From Variovorax sp. (lineage in GTDB: Bacteria; Pseudomonadota; Gammaproteobacteria; Burkholderiales; Burkholderiaceae_C): a DNA stretch of 64,000 nucleotides. Where the stretch lies: assembly GCA_035476655.1 (NCBI GenBank), contig DATILH010000218.1, positions 16,366-80,365 on the forward strand, in the 5' to 3' direction. Position numbers and translations under genes: made by a program. Below are positions 31,541 through 42,812 of this stretch, one piece after another; the stretch's first letter is position 1; the number at the start of each line of letters is the position of its first letter. The notes below the pieces were generated by a model. It was not told the DNA's origin. It was given only the letters and a program-made list of their open reading frames with translations, and searched no databases.

Positions 31541-32851
31541 TCAAGCTGTTTCGCGCCGCTTGATTTCGACTTCGATCTCTTCCTGCGCCTTGCCCCAGAT
31601 ACGCACGAAGTTGCGGCGCACCAGTTCGAACAGCGCCAGGCCCACCACCAGCAGCACGCCGGCCACGAGCCAGCTCTTGGCCAAAGAGGTGTCCAGCTGG
31701 ATGCCAAACAGCGGTACGACCGGCCCGAGGGCCGAGTTCAGTTGCATGTGGTAGGTCATCTCAATCAGCACCGCCGCGCCGGCCACGAAGACGGCAGCGG
31801 TGGCGATCAGTCCCAGGTAGGGCACGACCAGGCGCTTGAACTTGCCGAAGGCGGCCACCCGCAGGTTCATCATGATCAGGCTGGCCACGCCGCCGGGCGC
31901 GAACATCACCATCAAGAGGAAGGCCAGGCCCAGGTAGAGCAGCCAGGCCTTGCTCAGCTCGGACAGGAGGATGGAGGCAAACACCAGCAACACCGCGCCG
32001 ATGATCGGCCCGAAGAAGAAGGTGGCGCCGCCCAGGAAGGTGAACAGCAGGTAGCCGCCCGAGCGGATCGCATTCAGGCTGTCGGCCGCGTTCACGATCT
32101 CGAAGTTGATGGCCGCCAAACCGCCGCCGATGCCACCGAAGAAGCCGGCGATGATGAAGGCGATGTAGCGCACGCGCTGGGTGTTGTAGCCGATGAACTC
32201 GACCCGCTCCGGGTTGTCACGCACCGCGTTGAGCATGCGGCCCAGCGGCGTGCCGGTGAAGGCGAACATCAGCGCGGTGCAGACGAAGCAGTACGCTGCA
32301 ATCAGGTAGTACACCTGGATCTGCGGACCGAACTTGATGCCCAGGAAGGAGCCGTAGGTGCGGTCGGTCGTGATACCGCCCTCCCCGCCGAAGAAGCCCG
32401 GGAACATCAGCGCCATCGCAGCCACCAGTTCGCCGATGCCCAGCGTGATCATGGCGAAGGTGGTGCCCGACTTCTTGGTGGTGACGAAGCCGAACAGCAC
32501 CGCGAAGAAGGCACCGCCCAGCCCGCCGACCAGCGGGATCAGCACCAGCGGCACCGGCATGCTGCCCTTGCTGGCCAGGTTCATCGCGTGGATGGCGATG
32601 AAGGAGCCCAGGCCCACGTAGACCGCGTGGCCGAAGCTCAGCATGCCGCCTTGGCCCAGCAGCATGTTGTAGCTCAGGCAGATGATGATGAGATAGCCGA
32701 TCTGCGAGAGCATGGTCAGGGCCAGGCTGCTCTTGAAGAGCAACGGGGCCACGATCAGCGCGATCGCGAACAGCGACCAGACCAGGATGCGGCCGACGTT
32801 GAGCGGCTTGAAGCGGTAGTAGGAGGGTGCCTGGGTCATGACGGAACTCAT
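31541..32851 (-). CDS. ABC transporter permease (LivM-like)
   Basis: GQGGMLSFGHA, FAMITL, GRMLNAVRDNPER. Confidence 0.9.
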   Translation of the reverse strand: MSSVMTQAPSYYRFKPLNVGRILVWSLFAIALIVAPLLFKSSLALTMLSQIGYLIIICLSYNMLLGQGGMLSFGHAVYVGLGSFIAIHAMNLASKGSMPVPLVLIPLVGGLGGAFFAVLFGFVTTKKSGTTFAMITLGIGELVAAMALMFPGFFGGEGGITTDRTYGSFLGIKFGPQIQVYYLIAAYCFVCTALMFAFTGTPLGRMLNAVRDNPERVEFIGYNTQRVRYIAFIIAGFFGGIGGGLAAINFEIVNAADSLNAIRSGGYLLFTFLGGATFFFGPIIGAVLLVFASILLSELSKAWLLYLGLAFLLMVMFAPGGVASLIMMNLRVAAFGKFKRLVVPYLGLIATAAVFVAGAAVLIEMTYHMQLNSALGPVVPLFGIQLDTSLAKSWLVAGVLLVVGLALFELVRRNFVRIWGKAQEEIEVEIKRRETA

Positions 32852-32855
32852 GGTG

Positions 32856-33803
32856 TCAATCCTCCCGCGTGCCGAGCAGCCCCTTGGGCCGGAAGATCAG
32901 GATCAGCACGAGGAACAGATAGGGAAGGATTGGCGCCACCTGCGAGATGGTGAGCGACAGCAAGGGATAGGCGAAGTTCTCGGACGTCAGGTTCACGCCC
33001 AGCGCCGCCAGCGCGGACACGCCCGAATGGTCGAGCGCCACCGCGAAGGTCTGCACGATGCCGATCAGGAGCGATGCCAGGAAGGCGCCGGCCAGCGAGC
33101 CCATGCCGCCCACCACCACCACCACGAAGATGATGGAACCGACGGAGGCCGCCATCGCCGGCTCGGTCACGTAGGTGTTGCCGCCGATCACGCCGGCCAG
33201 CCCCGCCAGCGCGGCGCCGCCGCCGAACACCAGCATGAACACGCGCGGCACGTTGTGGCCCAGCGCCTCGACCATCTCGGGATGCTTGAGCGCCGCCTGG
33301 ATCACCAGGCCGATGCGCGTGCGGGTCAGCAGCAGCCACACCGACAGCAGCATCAAGAGCGCCAACAGCATGATGAAGGAGCGCGACTTGGGAAACTGCG
33401 TGCCGTACAGCGAGAAGAGCGGTCCCTGCAGTTGCTCGGGCAGGCCGTAGGGCACGGTGGAGCGACCCCAGACGAGCTGCACCAGTTCCAGGATCAGGTA
33501 GGACAGCCCGAAGGTCACCAGCAGCTCGGGCACATGGCCGAACTTGTGCACGCGACGCAGGCTGTAGCGCTCGAACAGCGCGCCCAGGCCGCCGACCAGC
33601 AGCGGCGCGATGACGAGGGCCGGCCAGAAGCCGAGCACCCCCGAGATCGTGTAGGCGAAATAGGCACCCAGCATGTAGAAGCTGGTGTGCGCGAAATTGA
33701 GCACGCCCATCATGCTGAAGATCAGCGTGAGGCCCGAGCTCAGCATGAACAGCAGCAGCCCGTAGCTGACACCGTTCAGCAACGAGATGACAAAGAATTC
33801 CAT
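32856..33803 (-). CDS. ABC transporter permease (LivH-like)
   Basis: GLTLIFSMMGVLNFAH, VVGGMGSLAG, FRPKGLLG. Confidence 0.9.
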   Translation of the reverse strand: MEFFVISLLNGVSYGLLLFMLSSGLTLIFSMMGVLNFAHTSFYMLGAYFAYTISGVLGFWPALVIAPLLVGGLGALFERYSLRRVHKFGHVPELLVTFGLSYLILELVQLVWGRSTVPYGLPEQLQGPLFSLYGTQFPKSRSFIMLLALLMLLSVWLLLTRTRIGLVIQAALKHPEMVEALGHNVPRVFMLVFGGGAALAGLAGVIGGNTYVTEPAMAASVGSIIFVVVVVGGMGSLAGAFLASLLIGIVQTFAVALDHSGVSALAALGVNLTSENFAYPLLSLTISQVAPILPYLFLVLILIFRPKGLLGTRED

Positions 33804-33828
33804 CTTGATTCCACTCCCGAAACGAGAC

Positions 33829-33860
33829 AAAAAAAGGGCCCGATTTGCGGTCGGGCCCTT
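33829..33860 (-). terminator. Stem-loop with U-tract between the substrate-binding protein gene and the first permease
   Basis: Minus strand AAGGGCCCGA-CCGCAAA-TCGGGCCC-TTTTTTT. Confidence 0.75.
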
Positions 33861-33895
33861 CTCGATGAGGCCGCTCCCGGCCCCCAGGCCGTTGA

Positions 33896-35140
33896 TCAGC
33901 CGGTCTGGCCGGGCCGCTTCATCTGGCAGGTGGTGGGGGTGCTGGCCACGTAGGGCTCGTAGTACTTCACCGGCACGAAGGTGTAGCCGGTGGCTTCGGC
34001 GTCGATCGGGTACTTGCCGCTCGCCTTCTCCCACTTGGTGATGTACAGGCCCTGCTGCATCTGGTGGTCGGCCTTGCGCAGTTCGACGTCGCCATTGAAG
34101 CTCTTGAACTTCATGCCTTCGAGGGCGGCCGCCACCTTCACCGGGTCGGTCGACTTGGTCTTGACGAAGGCATCGACCAGCATCTGGAAGGCCGAGTAGG
34201 ACGCCAGGGTGTACAGGTCTTCCTTGAATTTTTTGTTGAACTCCAAGGTCAGGCGCTGGATCTCGCCGCCCATGTTGGCGTGGCCGTAGCTCACCTGGTA
34301 GACCTTGCCGGCCGAGGCCGCACCCATGGCGGTGGGCGTGCCACTCACGCTGCCGTAGTAGGTGTAGAACTTGACGTTGTTCAGGCCCGCGTCGTTGGAC
34401 GCCTTGATCAGCAGCGACAAGTCGGAGCCCCAGTTGCCGGTGATCACGGTGTCGGCGCCGGATGCCTTGATCTTGGCGATGTAGGGCGCGAAGTCGCGCA
34501 CCTGGGCCAGCGGGTGCAGGTCTTCGCCGACGATCTGCACGTCGGGGCGCTTGACCTTCAGGTTTTCCTTGGCGAACTTGGCCACCTGAACGCCGTGCGC
34601 GTAGTTCTGGTTGATCAGGTAGACCTTCTTGATGTCCTGCTGATCCTTCATGTAGGTGGTCAGCGCCTCCATCTTCATGGAGGTGTCGGCGTCCAGGCGG
34701 TAGTGCCAGTAGCTGCACTTGCTGTTGGTGAGGTCCGGGTCGACCGCGGCGTAGTTGATGTAGAGCAGTTCCTTGCCGGGGTTGCGGGCGTTGTTCTTCT
34801 CGACCGCGTCGATGATGGCCAGCGCCGCGCCGGAACCGTTGCCCTGCAGGATGTAGCGCACGCCCTGGTCTTGTGCCGAGCGCAGCGCGCTGGTGGTTTC
34901 CTGCGGGCTGAGCTTGTTGTCGATACCGACGATCTCGAACTTGACGCCGGCGGCGTTCTTCTTGTTGAACTCATCGGCCATGAACTGGTAGGTCTTCAAC
35001 TGGTTCGTGCCCACCGCCGCCATCAGGCCGGACAGCGGATCGATCCAGGCGACCTTGACGGTTTCGCCCTTCTGGGCGAAGGCGCCGGTGGCGCTCGCCG
35101 CGATGATGCTGGCGGTAACAAATCTCAGAGCGAACTTCAT
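33896..35140 (-). CDS. Branched-chain amino acid-type ABC substrate-binding protein
   Basis: Signal peptide ending AFA; IDPLSG, QGNGS, TGNWGSDL. Confidence 0.9.
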   Translation of the reverse strand: MKFALRFVTASIIAASATGAFAQKGETVKVAWIDPLSGLMAAVGTNQLKTYQFMADEFNKKNAAGVKFEIVGIDNKLSPQETTSALRSAQDQGVRYILQGNGSGAALAIIDAVEKNNARNPGKELLYINYAAVDPDLTNSKCSYWHYRLDADTSMKMEALTTYMKDQQDIKKVYLINQNYAHGVQVAKFAKENLKVKRPDVQIVGEDLHPLAQVRDFAPYIAKIKASGADTVITGNWGSDLSLLIKASNDAGLNNVKFYTYYGSVSGTPTAMGAASAGKVYQVSYGHANMGGEIQRLTLEFNKKFKEDLYTLASYSAFQMLVDAFVKTKSTDPVKVAAALEGMKFKSFNGDVELRKADHQMQQGLYITKWEKASGKYPIDAEATGYTFVPVKYYEPYVASTPTTCQMKRPGQTG

Positions 35141-35326
35141 ATCGGTCTCCAGGTTTCAAACAGGGCGTCAAATGTCAAACGCCGAGCGAGGTTACAAGCG
35201 AACAGGGGGCACCCCCTCAGGGAATCCCCGTAAGAGATCCGGCCAAAGGCCGGTTTCTATCACTCAGGTGACAGGGAGCACCTTTTCGGTGCTACCCATG
35301 GGTAGGTTCTGTGCTCCTCTCGGGCC

Positions 35327-36970
35327 TCAGAGGCCCGGCAACTTGTAGTCCTTCAGCGCTTCGCGCAGCTTGGTCTTCAGGATCTTGCCGGTAGCGCCCA
35401 GCGGAATCGACTCGACGAAAACCACGTCGTCCGGGATCTGCCACTTGGCTGTCTTGCCCTCGTAGAACTTGAGCAACTCCTCGCGCGTGACCTCGGCGCC
35501 GGGGCGCTTGACCACCACCACCACCGGCCGCTCGTCCCACTTGGGGTGGAACACGCCGATGCAGGCGGCCATGGCGATGGCCGGATGCGCCACCGCAATG
35601 TTCTCGATCTCGATCGAGCTGATCCACTCGCCGCCGGACTTGATCACGTCCTTGCTGCGGTCGGTGATCTGCAGGAAGCCATCGGCGTCGATGGTGGCGA
35701 CGTCGCCGGTGGGGAACCAGCCGCGGTCCTGCTCGTCCTTGACCAGCGGGTCACCGCCCTCCCCCTTGAAGTATTCGCGGATGACCCAGGGGCCCTTGAC
35801 CAGCAGGTCGCCGTAGGCCTTGCCGTCCCAGGGCAGGCTCTTGCCCTCGCCGTCGACGATCTTCATGTCGACGCCGAAGATCGCCCGGCCCTGCTTCAGG
35901 CGGATCGCCAGCCGGTCTTCCGGACTCATTTCCAGATGCTTGTTCTTCAAGGTGCACAGGGTGCCCAGCGGCGACATCTCGGTCATGCCCCAGGCGTGCA
36001 GCACCTCGACGCCGTACTCATCCTGGAAGGCGCGGATCATGGCCGGCGGGCAGGCCGAACCACCGATCACCGTGCGATTGAGCTTGGAGAAGCGCAGGCC
36101 GGCCGGCTTCATGTGGCCCAGCATCATCTGCCAGACGGTGGGCACGCCGGCGGCGAAGGTCACCTTCTCCTGCTCGATCAGTTCGTAGACCGACTTGCCG
36201 TCCAGCGCCGGGCCGGGGAATACCAGCTTGCAGCCGGTGAGCGCGGCCGAGTACGGGATGCCCCAGGCGTTGACGTGGAACATCGGCACCACCGGCAGCA
36301 CCGAGTCGCGGGCCGAAAGGCGCATCACGTCGGGCAGCGCGGCGGCGTAAGCATGCAGCACCGAGGAGCGGTGGCTGTACAGCGCACCCTTGGGGTTGCC
36401 GGTGGTGCCACTCGTGTAGCACATGCTCGAAGCCGTGTTCTCGTCGAACTTGGGCCAGGCATAGTCGCTGGGCTGCGCGCCGATCCAGGCCTCGTAGCTC
36501 ACCAGGTTGGGCACGCCGCTGTCCGCCGGCACCTTGTCGGCCTCGCACAGGGCGATCCACTTCTTGATGCCGGGGCAGCGCGCATGCACCGCCTGCACCA
36601 GCGGCAGGAAGCTCAGGTCGAAGGCCAGCACGCGGTCTTCGGCGTGGTTGGCGATCCAGGCGATCTGGTCGGGATGCAGGCGCGGGTTGATGGTGTGCAG
36701 CACGCGGCCGGAGCCGCTCACGCCGTAGTACAGCTCCAGGTGGCGGTAGCCGTTCCAGGCCAGGGTGGCGACGCGGTCGGAGAACTCCAGCTTCTCGTCG
36801 TCCAGCGCGCGCGCCACCTGTCGCGAACGCTGACCGACATCGGCCCAGGTGTAACGGTGTATGTCGCCTTCGACCCGGCGCGAAACGATCTCGCCGTCGC
36901 CGTGGTGCTGCTCGGCAAATTCGAGCAGCGACGAGATCAGAAGCGGTTGGTCTTGCATCAGGCCCAGCAT
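35327..36970 (-). CDS. Acyl-CoA ligase (fatty-acid/3-methylthiopropionate-CoA ligase family)
   Basis: [32 protein letters not shown]. Confidence 0.93.
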   Translation of the reverse strand: MLGLMQDQPLLISSLLEFAEQHHGDGEIVSRRVEGDIHRYTWADVGQRSRQVARALDDEKLEFSDRVATLAWNGYRHLELYYGVSGSGRVLHTINPRLHPDQIAWIANHAEDRVLAFDLSFLPLVQAVHARCPGIKKWIALCEADKVPADSGVPNLVSYEAWIGAQPSDYAWPKFDENTASSMCYTSGTTGNPKGALYSHRSSVLHAYAAALPDVMRLSARDSVLPVVPMFHVNAWGIPYSAALTGCKLVFPGPALDGKSVYELIEQEKVTFAAGVPTVWQMMLGHMKPAGLRFSKLNRTVIGGSACPPAMIRAFQDEYGVEVLHAWGMTEMSPLGTLCTLKNKHLEMSPEDRLAIRLKQGRAIFGVDMKIVDGEGKSLPWDGKAYGDLLVKGPWVIREYFKGEGGDPLVKDEQDRGWFPTGDVATIDADGFLQITDRSKDVIKSGGEWISSIEIENIAVAHPAIAMAACIGVFHPKWDERPVVVVVKRPGAEVTREELLKFYEGKTAKWQIPDDVVFVESIPLGATGKILKTKLREALKDYKLPGL

Positions 36971-37182
36971 GGATATGTCTCCTCAGATTCAGTGAAATGC
37001 GTCACGGCGGCGAGTATTGCGCAGTGCAACATCCCAAGGACTGGGGGAATGCCCGTACCGTTGACGCTCGTCATTGCGCCCTGATCTTCAGCGTGCTTGG
37101 ACTGGCATCGAAGAGAGCCTGGACGGCCAGGACGATGGCCCCCGCGCCCTGGGGTTGGACGCGCTGAAGGACAATCCGGGGC

Positions 37183-38667
37183 ATGAGCCTTCTTGCTGCC
37201 GACGAAGCGGAACTGGCGGTCGACCTGGGATTGCGCTGGGAAGCCGGCTTCCACTCGCTGGGCCCCGCCTTCTACACCGAACTCCTGCCCCGCCCACTGC
37301 CCGATCCGTATTGGGTCGGGCGCAGCCCGGCCATGGCGCGCCAGCTGGGCCTGGGCGAGCACCAACTGGATACGCCCGAGGCTCTGGAAGCCTTCACCGG
37401 CAATGTGCGCATCGCCGGCACGCGGCCGCTGGCCAGCGTCTACAGCGGCCACCAGTTCGGCGTCTGGGCCGGCCAGCTCGGCGATGGCCGCGCCATCCTG
37501 CTGGGTGAAGCCAATGGCCTGGAGGTGCAGCTCAAGGGAAGCGGCCTCACGCCCTACTCGCGCATGGGCGACGGCCGGGCCGTGCTGCGCTCGAGCATCC
37601 GCGAGTTCCTGTGCAGCGAAGCGGTGCATGCGCTGGGCATTCCGACCACGCGCGCCCTGTGCGTCACCGGCTCCGACGCGCCGGTGTACCGCGAGGAGAT
37701 CGAAACCTCGGCGGTGGTGACGCGAGTGGCGCCCAGCTTCATCCGCTTCGGCCACTTCGAGCACTTTGCCGCCAACGGCCAGCATGAGGAGCTGCGGGCG
37801 CTGGCCGACTACGTCATCGAGCGCTACTACCCGGCTTGCCGCGGGACCACGAAGTTCGGCGGCAATGCTCATGCGGCCCTCTTGGAGGCGGTGAGCGAAC
37901 GCACCGCCGCCCTGCTGGCGCAATGGCAGGCCGCGGGCTTTTGCCATGGTGTGATGAACACCGACAACATGAGCATCCTGGGGCTCACCATCGACTACGG
38001 GCCCTTCCAGTTCCTGGACGGCTTCGACCCGCGCCACATCTGCAATCACAGTGACACGGCCGGCCGCTATGCCTACAACCAGCAGCCCAACGTGGCCTAC
38101 TGGAACCTCTTTTGCCTGGCGCAGGCCCTGCTGCCGCTGATTGGCGACCAGCAGGTGGCGGTGGCGGCGCTGGAGTCCTACAAGACGGTGTTCCCGAGCG
38201 AGTTCACCGCCCGGATGGCTACCAAGCTGGGCCTGGCCAAGGCCGACGAGGGCGACCGCGCATTGATCGACGGCCTGCTGCGCCTCTTGGCCGCCGAGAA
38301 GGTGGACTGGACCATTTTCTGGCGCCGCCTCTCGCAGCATGTGGCGGGCGAGAGCGCCGAACTGGTGCGCGAGCTCTTCATCGACCGCGCAGCCATCGAC
38401 GACTGGCTGCCCGCCTATGCCATCCGCCGTTCGCAGGACAATGCAGAGGGCGCCGCCGACCGCATGCTGCGCGCCAACCCGAAGTTCGTGCTGCGCAACC
38501 ACCTGGGCCAGCTGGCCATCGATGCGGCCAGGCAGAAGGACTTCACCGGCGTGGCGCGCTTGCAAGTCCTGCTCGAAGCCCCATTTGAAGAGCATCCCGG
38601 CCACGAGGAACTTGCCGGCTTCCCGCCCGACTGGGCATCATCCATCGAAATCAGCTGCTCGTCATGA
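37183..38667 (+). CDS. selO: Protein adenylyltransferase SelO (YdiU)
   Basis: [43 protein letters not shown]-terminal SCSS. Confidence 0.95.
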   Translation: MSLLAADEAELAVDLGLRWEAGFHSLGPAFYTELLPRPLPDPYWVGRSPAMARQLGLGEHQLDTPEALEAFTGNVRIAGTRPLASVYSGHQFGVWAGQLGDGRAILLGEANGLEVQLKGSGLTPYSRMGDGRAVLRSSIREFLCSEAVHALGIPTTRALCVTGSDAPVYREEIETSAVVTRVAPSFIRFGHFEHFAANGQHEELRALADYVIERYYPACRGTTKFGGNAHAALLEAVSERTAALLAQWQAAGFCHGVMNTDNMSILGLTIDYGPFQFLDGFDPRHICNHSDTAGRYAYNQQPNVAYWNLFCLAQALLPLIGDQQVAVAALESYKTVFPSEFTARMATKLGLAKADEGDRALIDGLLRLLAAEKVDWTIFWRRLSQHVAGESAELVRELFIDRAAIDDWLPAYAIRRSQDNAEGAADRMLRANPKFVLRNHLGQLAIDAARQKDFTGVARLQVLLEAPFEEHPGHEELAGFPPDWASSIEISCSS

Positions 38668-39077
38668 CCTACCCCGTTCAGAAGACCGAAGCCGAGTGGA
38701 AAGCGCTGCTCGCCGAGAAAGGCGCGGAGCGCGCCTCCTTCGAAGTCACCCGCCACGCCGCCACCGAGCGCCCCTTCACCGGCAAGTACGAAGCCCATTG
38801 GGACGACGGCAGCTACCACTGCATCTGCTGCGGCGCCAAGCTCTTCGATGCGGGCACCAAGTTCGACGCCGGTTGCGGCTGGCCCAGCTTCTCGCAGGAA
38901 GCTGTGCCCGGCGCGATCAAGAATGTGGTGGACCGCTCGCACGGCATGGTGCGTACCGAGAATCTGTGCGCCAACTGCGGCGCGCACCTGGGCCATGTCT
39001 TTCCCGACGGCCCCACCGAAACCGGCCTGCGCTACTGCATGAATTCCGCTTCCCTGGATTTCAAACCCAAAGAATGA
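38664..39077 (+). CDS. msrB: Peptide-methionine (R)-S-oxide reductase
   Basis: [29 protein letters not shown]. Confidence 0.96.
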   Translation: MTYPVQKTEAEWKALLAEKGAERASFEVTRHAATERPFTGKYEAHWDDGSYHCICCGAKLFDAGTKFDAGCGWPSFSQEAVPGAIKNVVDRSHGMVRTENLCANCGAHLGHVFPDGPTETGLRYCMNSASLDFKPKE

Positions 39078-39613
39078 AACTGCTGCTCGACTTTCTTCCC
39101 ATCCTGCTGTTCTTCGGCGCCTTCAAGCTGTACGGCATCTATGTAGGCACGGCCGTGCTGATGGTGGCCACCAGCGTGCAGATGGCCATCGCGTACTTCA
39201 CCGAAGGCAAGCTGCAGACCATGCAAAAGGCGACCCTGGCGCTGATCCTGATCTTCGGCACATTGACCCTGGTGCTGCAGGACGACCGCTTCATCAAGTG
39301 GAAGCCCACGGTGCTCTACGCCGCCATGGGCATTGCGCTGGCGGTCGCCTACTGGGCCATGAGCAAGAACTTCCTGAAGATGCTGCTGGGAGCGCAGCTG
39401 GTGCTGCCCGAGCGCATCTGGTCGCGCCTGAACGTGGCCTGGATCGCCTACTGCCTCTTCATGGCGGCCATCAACGGCTGGGTGGCGGCCTTCTACAGCA
39501 CCGACGCCTGGGTCAACTTCAAGCTCTGGGGCTATGCCTTCCCGATCGCCTTCCTGGTGGCGCAGGGCCTGTACATCGCGCCGCATCTCAAGTCGGACGA
39601 GCCCAGCACATGA
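39074..39613 (+). CDS. yciB: Inner membrane protein YciB (septation protein A)
   Basis: [29 protein letters not shown]. Confidence 0.93.
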   Translation: MKLLLDFLPILLFFGAFKLYGIYVGTAVLMVATSVQMAIAYFTEGKLQTMQKATLALILIFGTLTLVLQDDRFIKWKPTVLYAAMGIALAVAYWAMSKNFLKMLLGAQLVLPERIWSRLNVAWIAYCLFMAAINGWVAAFYSTDAWVNFKLWGYAFPIAFLVAQGLYIAPHLKSDEPST

Positions 39614-39885
39614 CCGTCCAGGCCGCCCTTCCTACCGCCGCGGCGCTGGAGGCACGCCTTCGCGACGTGCTGCGCCCCACGCAACTGGAAGTAATCGATG
39701 AAAGCGCCGCCCACGCCGGCCATTCGGGCGCCAATGCGCAGGGCTACGGAACCCATTTCCGGGTGCGCATCGCCACCCCCCTGTTCGACGGGAAGTCCCG
39801 CGTGGCGCGGCATCGGCTTGTGTATGATGCGCTGCACGATTTTCTAGCCCAGGGCCTCCACGCCATAGCCATCGAAGCCCCCTGA
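39610..39885 (+). CDS. bolA: BolA family protein
   Basis: [32 protein letters not shown]. Confidence 0.92.
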   Translation: MTVQAALPTAAALEARLRDVLRPTQLEVIDESAAHAGHSGANAQGYGTHFRVRIATPLFDGKSRVARHRLVYDALHDFLAQGLHAIAIEAP

Positions 39886-39953
39886 AGGCTCGGCCAAAAT
39901 CGCGACTCGCCGCCTGAGCGGCTGAACCACCATCTCCCCTCCTCTTGCTTCCC

Positions 39954-40739
39954 ATGAAAAAACAACTCTTGCAGGCCGCCGCGGCCGCAGCGCTCCTGGG
40001 CGCGGTGTCTCTTGCTGCCCAGGCGCAGAACATTGCCATCGTCAACGGCCAGCCGGTGCCGAAGGCGCGCGTGGACGTGCTGACCCAGCAGCTGGCGGCG
40101 GCCGGCCGCCCGGTCACGCCCGAGATGCAGCCGCAGCTGAAGGAAGAGATCATCGCCCGCGAAGTCTTCATGCAGGAAGCGAAGAAGCAGGGCCTGGACG
40201 CCAGCGACGACTACAAGGCGCAGATGGACCTGGCGCGCCAGGCCATCCTGATCCGCCAGCTCTTCGAAACCTATCGCAAGACCAACCCGGTGACCGACGC
40301 CGAGGTGCAGGCCGAGTACGACAAGTTCGTCGCCGCCAACGCCGGCAAGGAATACAAGGCGCGCCACATCCTGGTCGAGACCGAAGACCAGGCCAAGAAG
40401 ATCCTGGCCGACCTGAAGAAGAACGGCAAGTTCGAGGACATCGCCAAGAAGCAGAGCAAGGACCCGGGCTCGGGCGCCAACGGCGGCGATCTGGACTGGG
40501 CCAACCCGAGCAGCTTCGTGCCCGAGTTCTCCGAGGCCATGATCAAGCTGAACAAGGGCGAGACCACCGCCGCGCCGGTCAAGTCGCAGTTCGGCTGGCA
40601 CATCATCCGCGTCGACGACATCCGCCAGGCGCAGTTGCCCAAGCTGGAAGAGGTCAAGCCGCAGATCACGCAGCAGCTCGCCCAGCAGAAGCTGCAGAAG
40701 TACCAGGAAGAGCTGCGCGCCAAGGCCAAGGTCGAGTAA
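39954..40739 (+). CDS. PpiC-type peptidyl-prolyl cis-trans isomerase (exported)
   Basis: Signal peptide; ARHILV, SKDPGS..GGDLDW, SQFGWHII. Confidence 0.92.
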   Translation: MKKQLLQAAAAAALLGAVSLAAQAQNIAIVNGQPVPKARVDVLTQQLAAAGRPVTPEMQPQLKEEIIAREVFMQEAKKQGLDASDDYKAQMDLARQAILIRQLFETYRKTNPVTDAEVQAEYDKFVAANAGKEYKARHILVETEDQAKKILADLKKNGKFEDIAKKQSKDPGSGANGGDLDWANPSSFVPEFSEAMIKLNKGETTAAPVKSQFGWHIIRVDDIRQAQLPKLEEVKPQITQQLAQQKLQKYQEELRAKAKVE

Positions 40740-40762
40740 GACTTCGCTGCGCACTCCCTGCC

Positions 40763-40802
40763 AACCCTCCCGGCTCCCGCGAGCCCGGAGGGTTTTCTTT
40801 TT
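40763..40802 (+). terminator. Rho-independent terminator
   Basis: AACCCTCC-CGGCTC..GAGCCC-GGAGGGTT stem followed by a T-rich tract, after the PPIase gene. Confidence 0.75.
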
Positions 40803-40838
40803 GCGCGCGATACTTGGTGCTCTGTTCAAGGAGTGCCC

Positions 40839-41477
40839 ATGCTTCCCGACACCCCCCTGCTCCTGGCCTTCGTCGGCGCGAGCCTGGTGCTGGCCCTCAC
40901 GCCCGGCCCTGCCGTCGTCTACATCGTGGCGCGCACCTTGGCGCAGGGGCGCGCCAGCGGGCTCTCCTCGGTGCTGGGCGTGGCGCTGGGCAACCTGGCC
41001 AATGCGGTGGGCGCGGCGCTCGGGCTGGCCGCCTTGTTCGCGGTGTCCTCGGCCGCCTTCACCGTCGTGAAGTGGGCGGGCGCGGCCTACCTGGTGTACC
41101 TGGGCATCAAGATGTGGCGAACGACTCCGGCCAGCGCTTCGGCTGACACCATGCCGCAGGCGCAGCCGCTGCGGCGCGTCTTTCGCGACGGCTTTCTGGT
41201 GGCGCTGCTGAACCCGAAAACCACCCTGTTCTTTGCCGCCTTCCTGCCGCAGTTCATGGATGCACACGCCAGCCCGCTGCTGCAGACCCTGGCGCTAGGC
41301 AGCGTCTTCGTCGGCGTTGCCTGCTGCACCGACCTGTTTTATGTGCTGACGGCCAGCCTGATCGCACCGAGGCTAGGCAAGGCGACACGGCATGCGGTCT
41401 GGGGGAACCGGCTCGCCGGCACTTCCTTCATCGGCCTGGGAGTGCTCACGGCCATGGGCTCGCGGCCGTCGCGCTGA
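40839..41477 (+). CDS. LysE/RhtB family translocator
   Basis: TPGPAV, KWAGAAYLVYLG, LLNPK..FF.AFLPQF. Confidence 0.92.
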   Translation: MLPDTPLLLAFVGASLVLALTPGPAVVYIVARTLAQGRASGLSSVLGVALGNLANAVGAALGLAALFAVSSAAFTVVKWAGAAYLVYLGIKMWRTTPASASADTMPQAQPLRRVFRDGFLVALLNPKTTLFFAAFLPQFMDAHASPLLQTLALGSVFVGVACCTDLFYVLTASLIAPRLGKATRHAVWGNRLAGTSFIGLGVLTAMGSRPSR

Positions 41478-41486
41478 GATTCTTCT

Positions 41487-42812
41487 TCAATCGAAGCGCA
41501 CTTGCGTGGCGATCAGGACGTCGTTGACGATCCGGGTGCCCTGCACCGTCACATCCACGCCGTTTGCCAGCTGGGCAGCCGTGCCGTTCTCGAAGACGAC
41601 GTCCGGCGCACTGGCATCCACCTTTTGCCCGCGCACCCTGAAATCTGCCGGCAACTGGTAGTTGGTCACCTTGCCGATCAGGCTGTACGAGGGAAGCGCC
41701 CCGCCGCCCGGGATGTGACGGATCTTGATCTTGCTGGCCAACAACGTGCCGTCGGCGGACAGCGTTCCGCTGGCCACCACCTTCACGCCATCGCCCAGCT
41801 TTGCCGCCTGCCCGCCCGCCACTTGCGCCGCCGACGCGTCGACGGCGGTGCCGAGGACGCGGAACGCGCCCTGCGATGCGAAGTCGGAAATCACGCCTTC
41901 CACCTGCACCGCGATGCCGGCTTGCTTGGGGATCCAATACCAGCGCTCGATCCGCGCCGCTTCCAGTTGACCCGGCACGGTCTGCTGGTCGGCGCGCACC
42001 CGCACAGTGAGGCCATCGGCCAGGCCGGCAGCCGTCAGGCCCGGGCCGAAGCTGGCCGAGGCGTAGGAAACGCGCAGGCCACCCAGCATGAAGGTCGCGC
42101 TCACCGGATCCAGCTGCGCGACCATGCCGGTGGCGATCGGCGTGGTGCCTGGGCTTCGCGTCTCGATGCGGGTGGCGCGCAAGGCGCCGGCCGCGGTCGG
42201 CAGGCCCCAGACCTGCACGGTGGTGTTGACCATCAGATCGGCAATTCCCCGCAGATCGCCCCAGACCGTGCCTTCGTCCACGCTCACCGTGCCGCCCATC
42301 ATCTCGAAGGTGCCGGCCGCCGGATCGATGGAGCTGACCGGCCCGCGCAGTTCCGTCGCGGAACTCAGGCGACGGGCCGTGCCGCTGACGAAGTCCGCGT
42401 CCATCGGGCCGGTGACCGCGATGCTCATGCCGATCTTCAGTTCGGTGTCGTCACGCAGGTCAACCTCGGCCTGGTCGACGTCATAGCGCAGGCCGCCCAC
42501 GATGATGCTGCCCATGCCGTCGACCGCACCCACGCTGGTGCCGGCGTCGGCGGTGCTGACGCCGGTGCCGCCGGAGCCCACGCCGGCATCGTCGCCGCCG
42601 CTGGCCGTGCTGGTCGAGCCGTCGTTGGACCCGGAGTCGCCGGTACTGCTGCCGTCGCCGGGCGAGTTCGAGCCGGACGCGCTTTCGCCCTGTACCGACG
42701 TGCCATTTTGCGAGGCGCCGCCGGAAGCGCTATCAGCACCACCGCCGCCGCAAGACAGAAGCAGGGTCAACATCAGCGAGGCAAGGCTCGCGCGCAATAG
42801 TCTGGTGCTCAT
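41487..42812 (-). CDS. DUF5666-repeat lipoprotein
   Basis: Lipobox LLSC then GGGG, Ser/Gly/Asp linker, GVGSGGTG..GSIIVGG, several repeated beta-rich modules (G.V.V.G..L.A..I). Confidence 0.75.
   Translation of the reverse strand: MSTRLLRASLASLMLTLLLSCGGGGADSASGGASQNGTSVQGESASGSNSPGDGSSTGDSGSNDGSTSTASGGDDAGVGSGGTGVSTADAGTSVGAVDGMGSIIVGGLRYDVDQAEVDLRDDTELKIGMSIAVTGPMDADFVSGTARRLSSATELRGPVSSIDPAAGTFEMMGGTVSVDEGTVWGDLRGIADLMVNTTVQVWGLPTAAGALRATRIETRSPGTTPIATGMVAQLDPVSATFMLGGLRVSYASASFGPGLTAAGLADGLTVRVRADQQTVPGQLEAARIERWYWIPKQAGIAVQVEGVISDFASQGAFRVLGTAVDASAAQVAGGQAAKLGDGVKVVASGTLSADGTLLASKIKIRHIPGGGALPSYSLIGKVTNYQLPADFRVRGQKVDASAPDVVFENGTAAQLANGVDVTVQGTRIVNDVLIATQVRFD

Noticed and set aside
38655..38667. 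Possible selenocysteine read-through at the SelO TGA
   Set aside because: The protein ends in the usual Cys-type SCSS, and the TGA is part of the ATGA overlap with msrB.
37183..40739. selO-msrB-yciB-bolA-PPIase coupling as a novel redox system
   Set aside because: A familiar conserved betaproteobacterial gene order made of known families.
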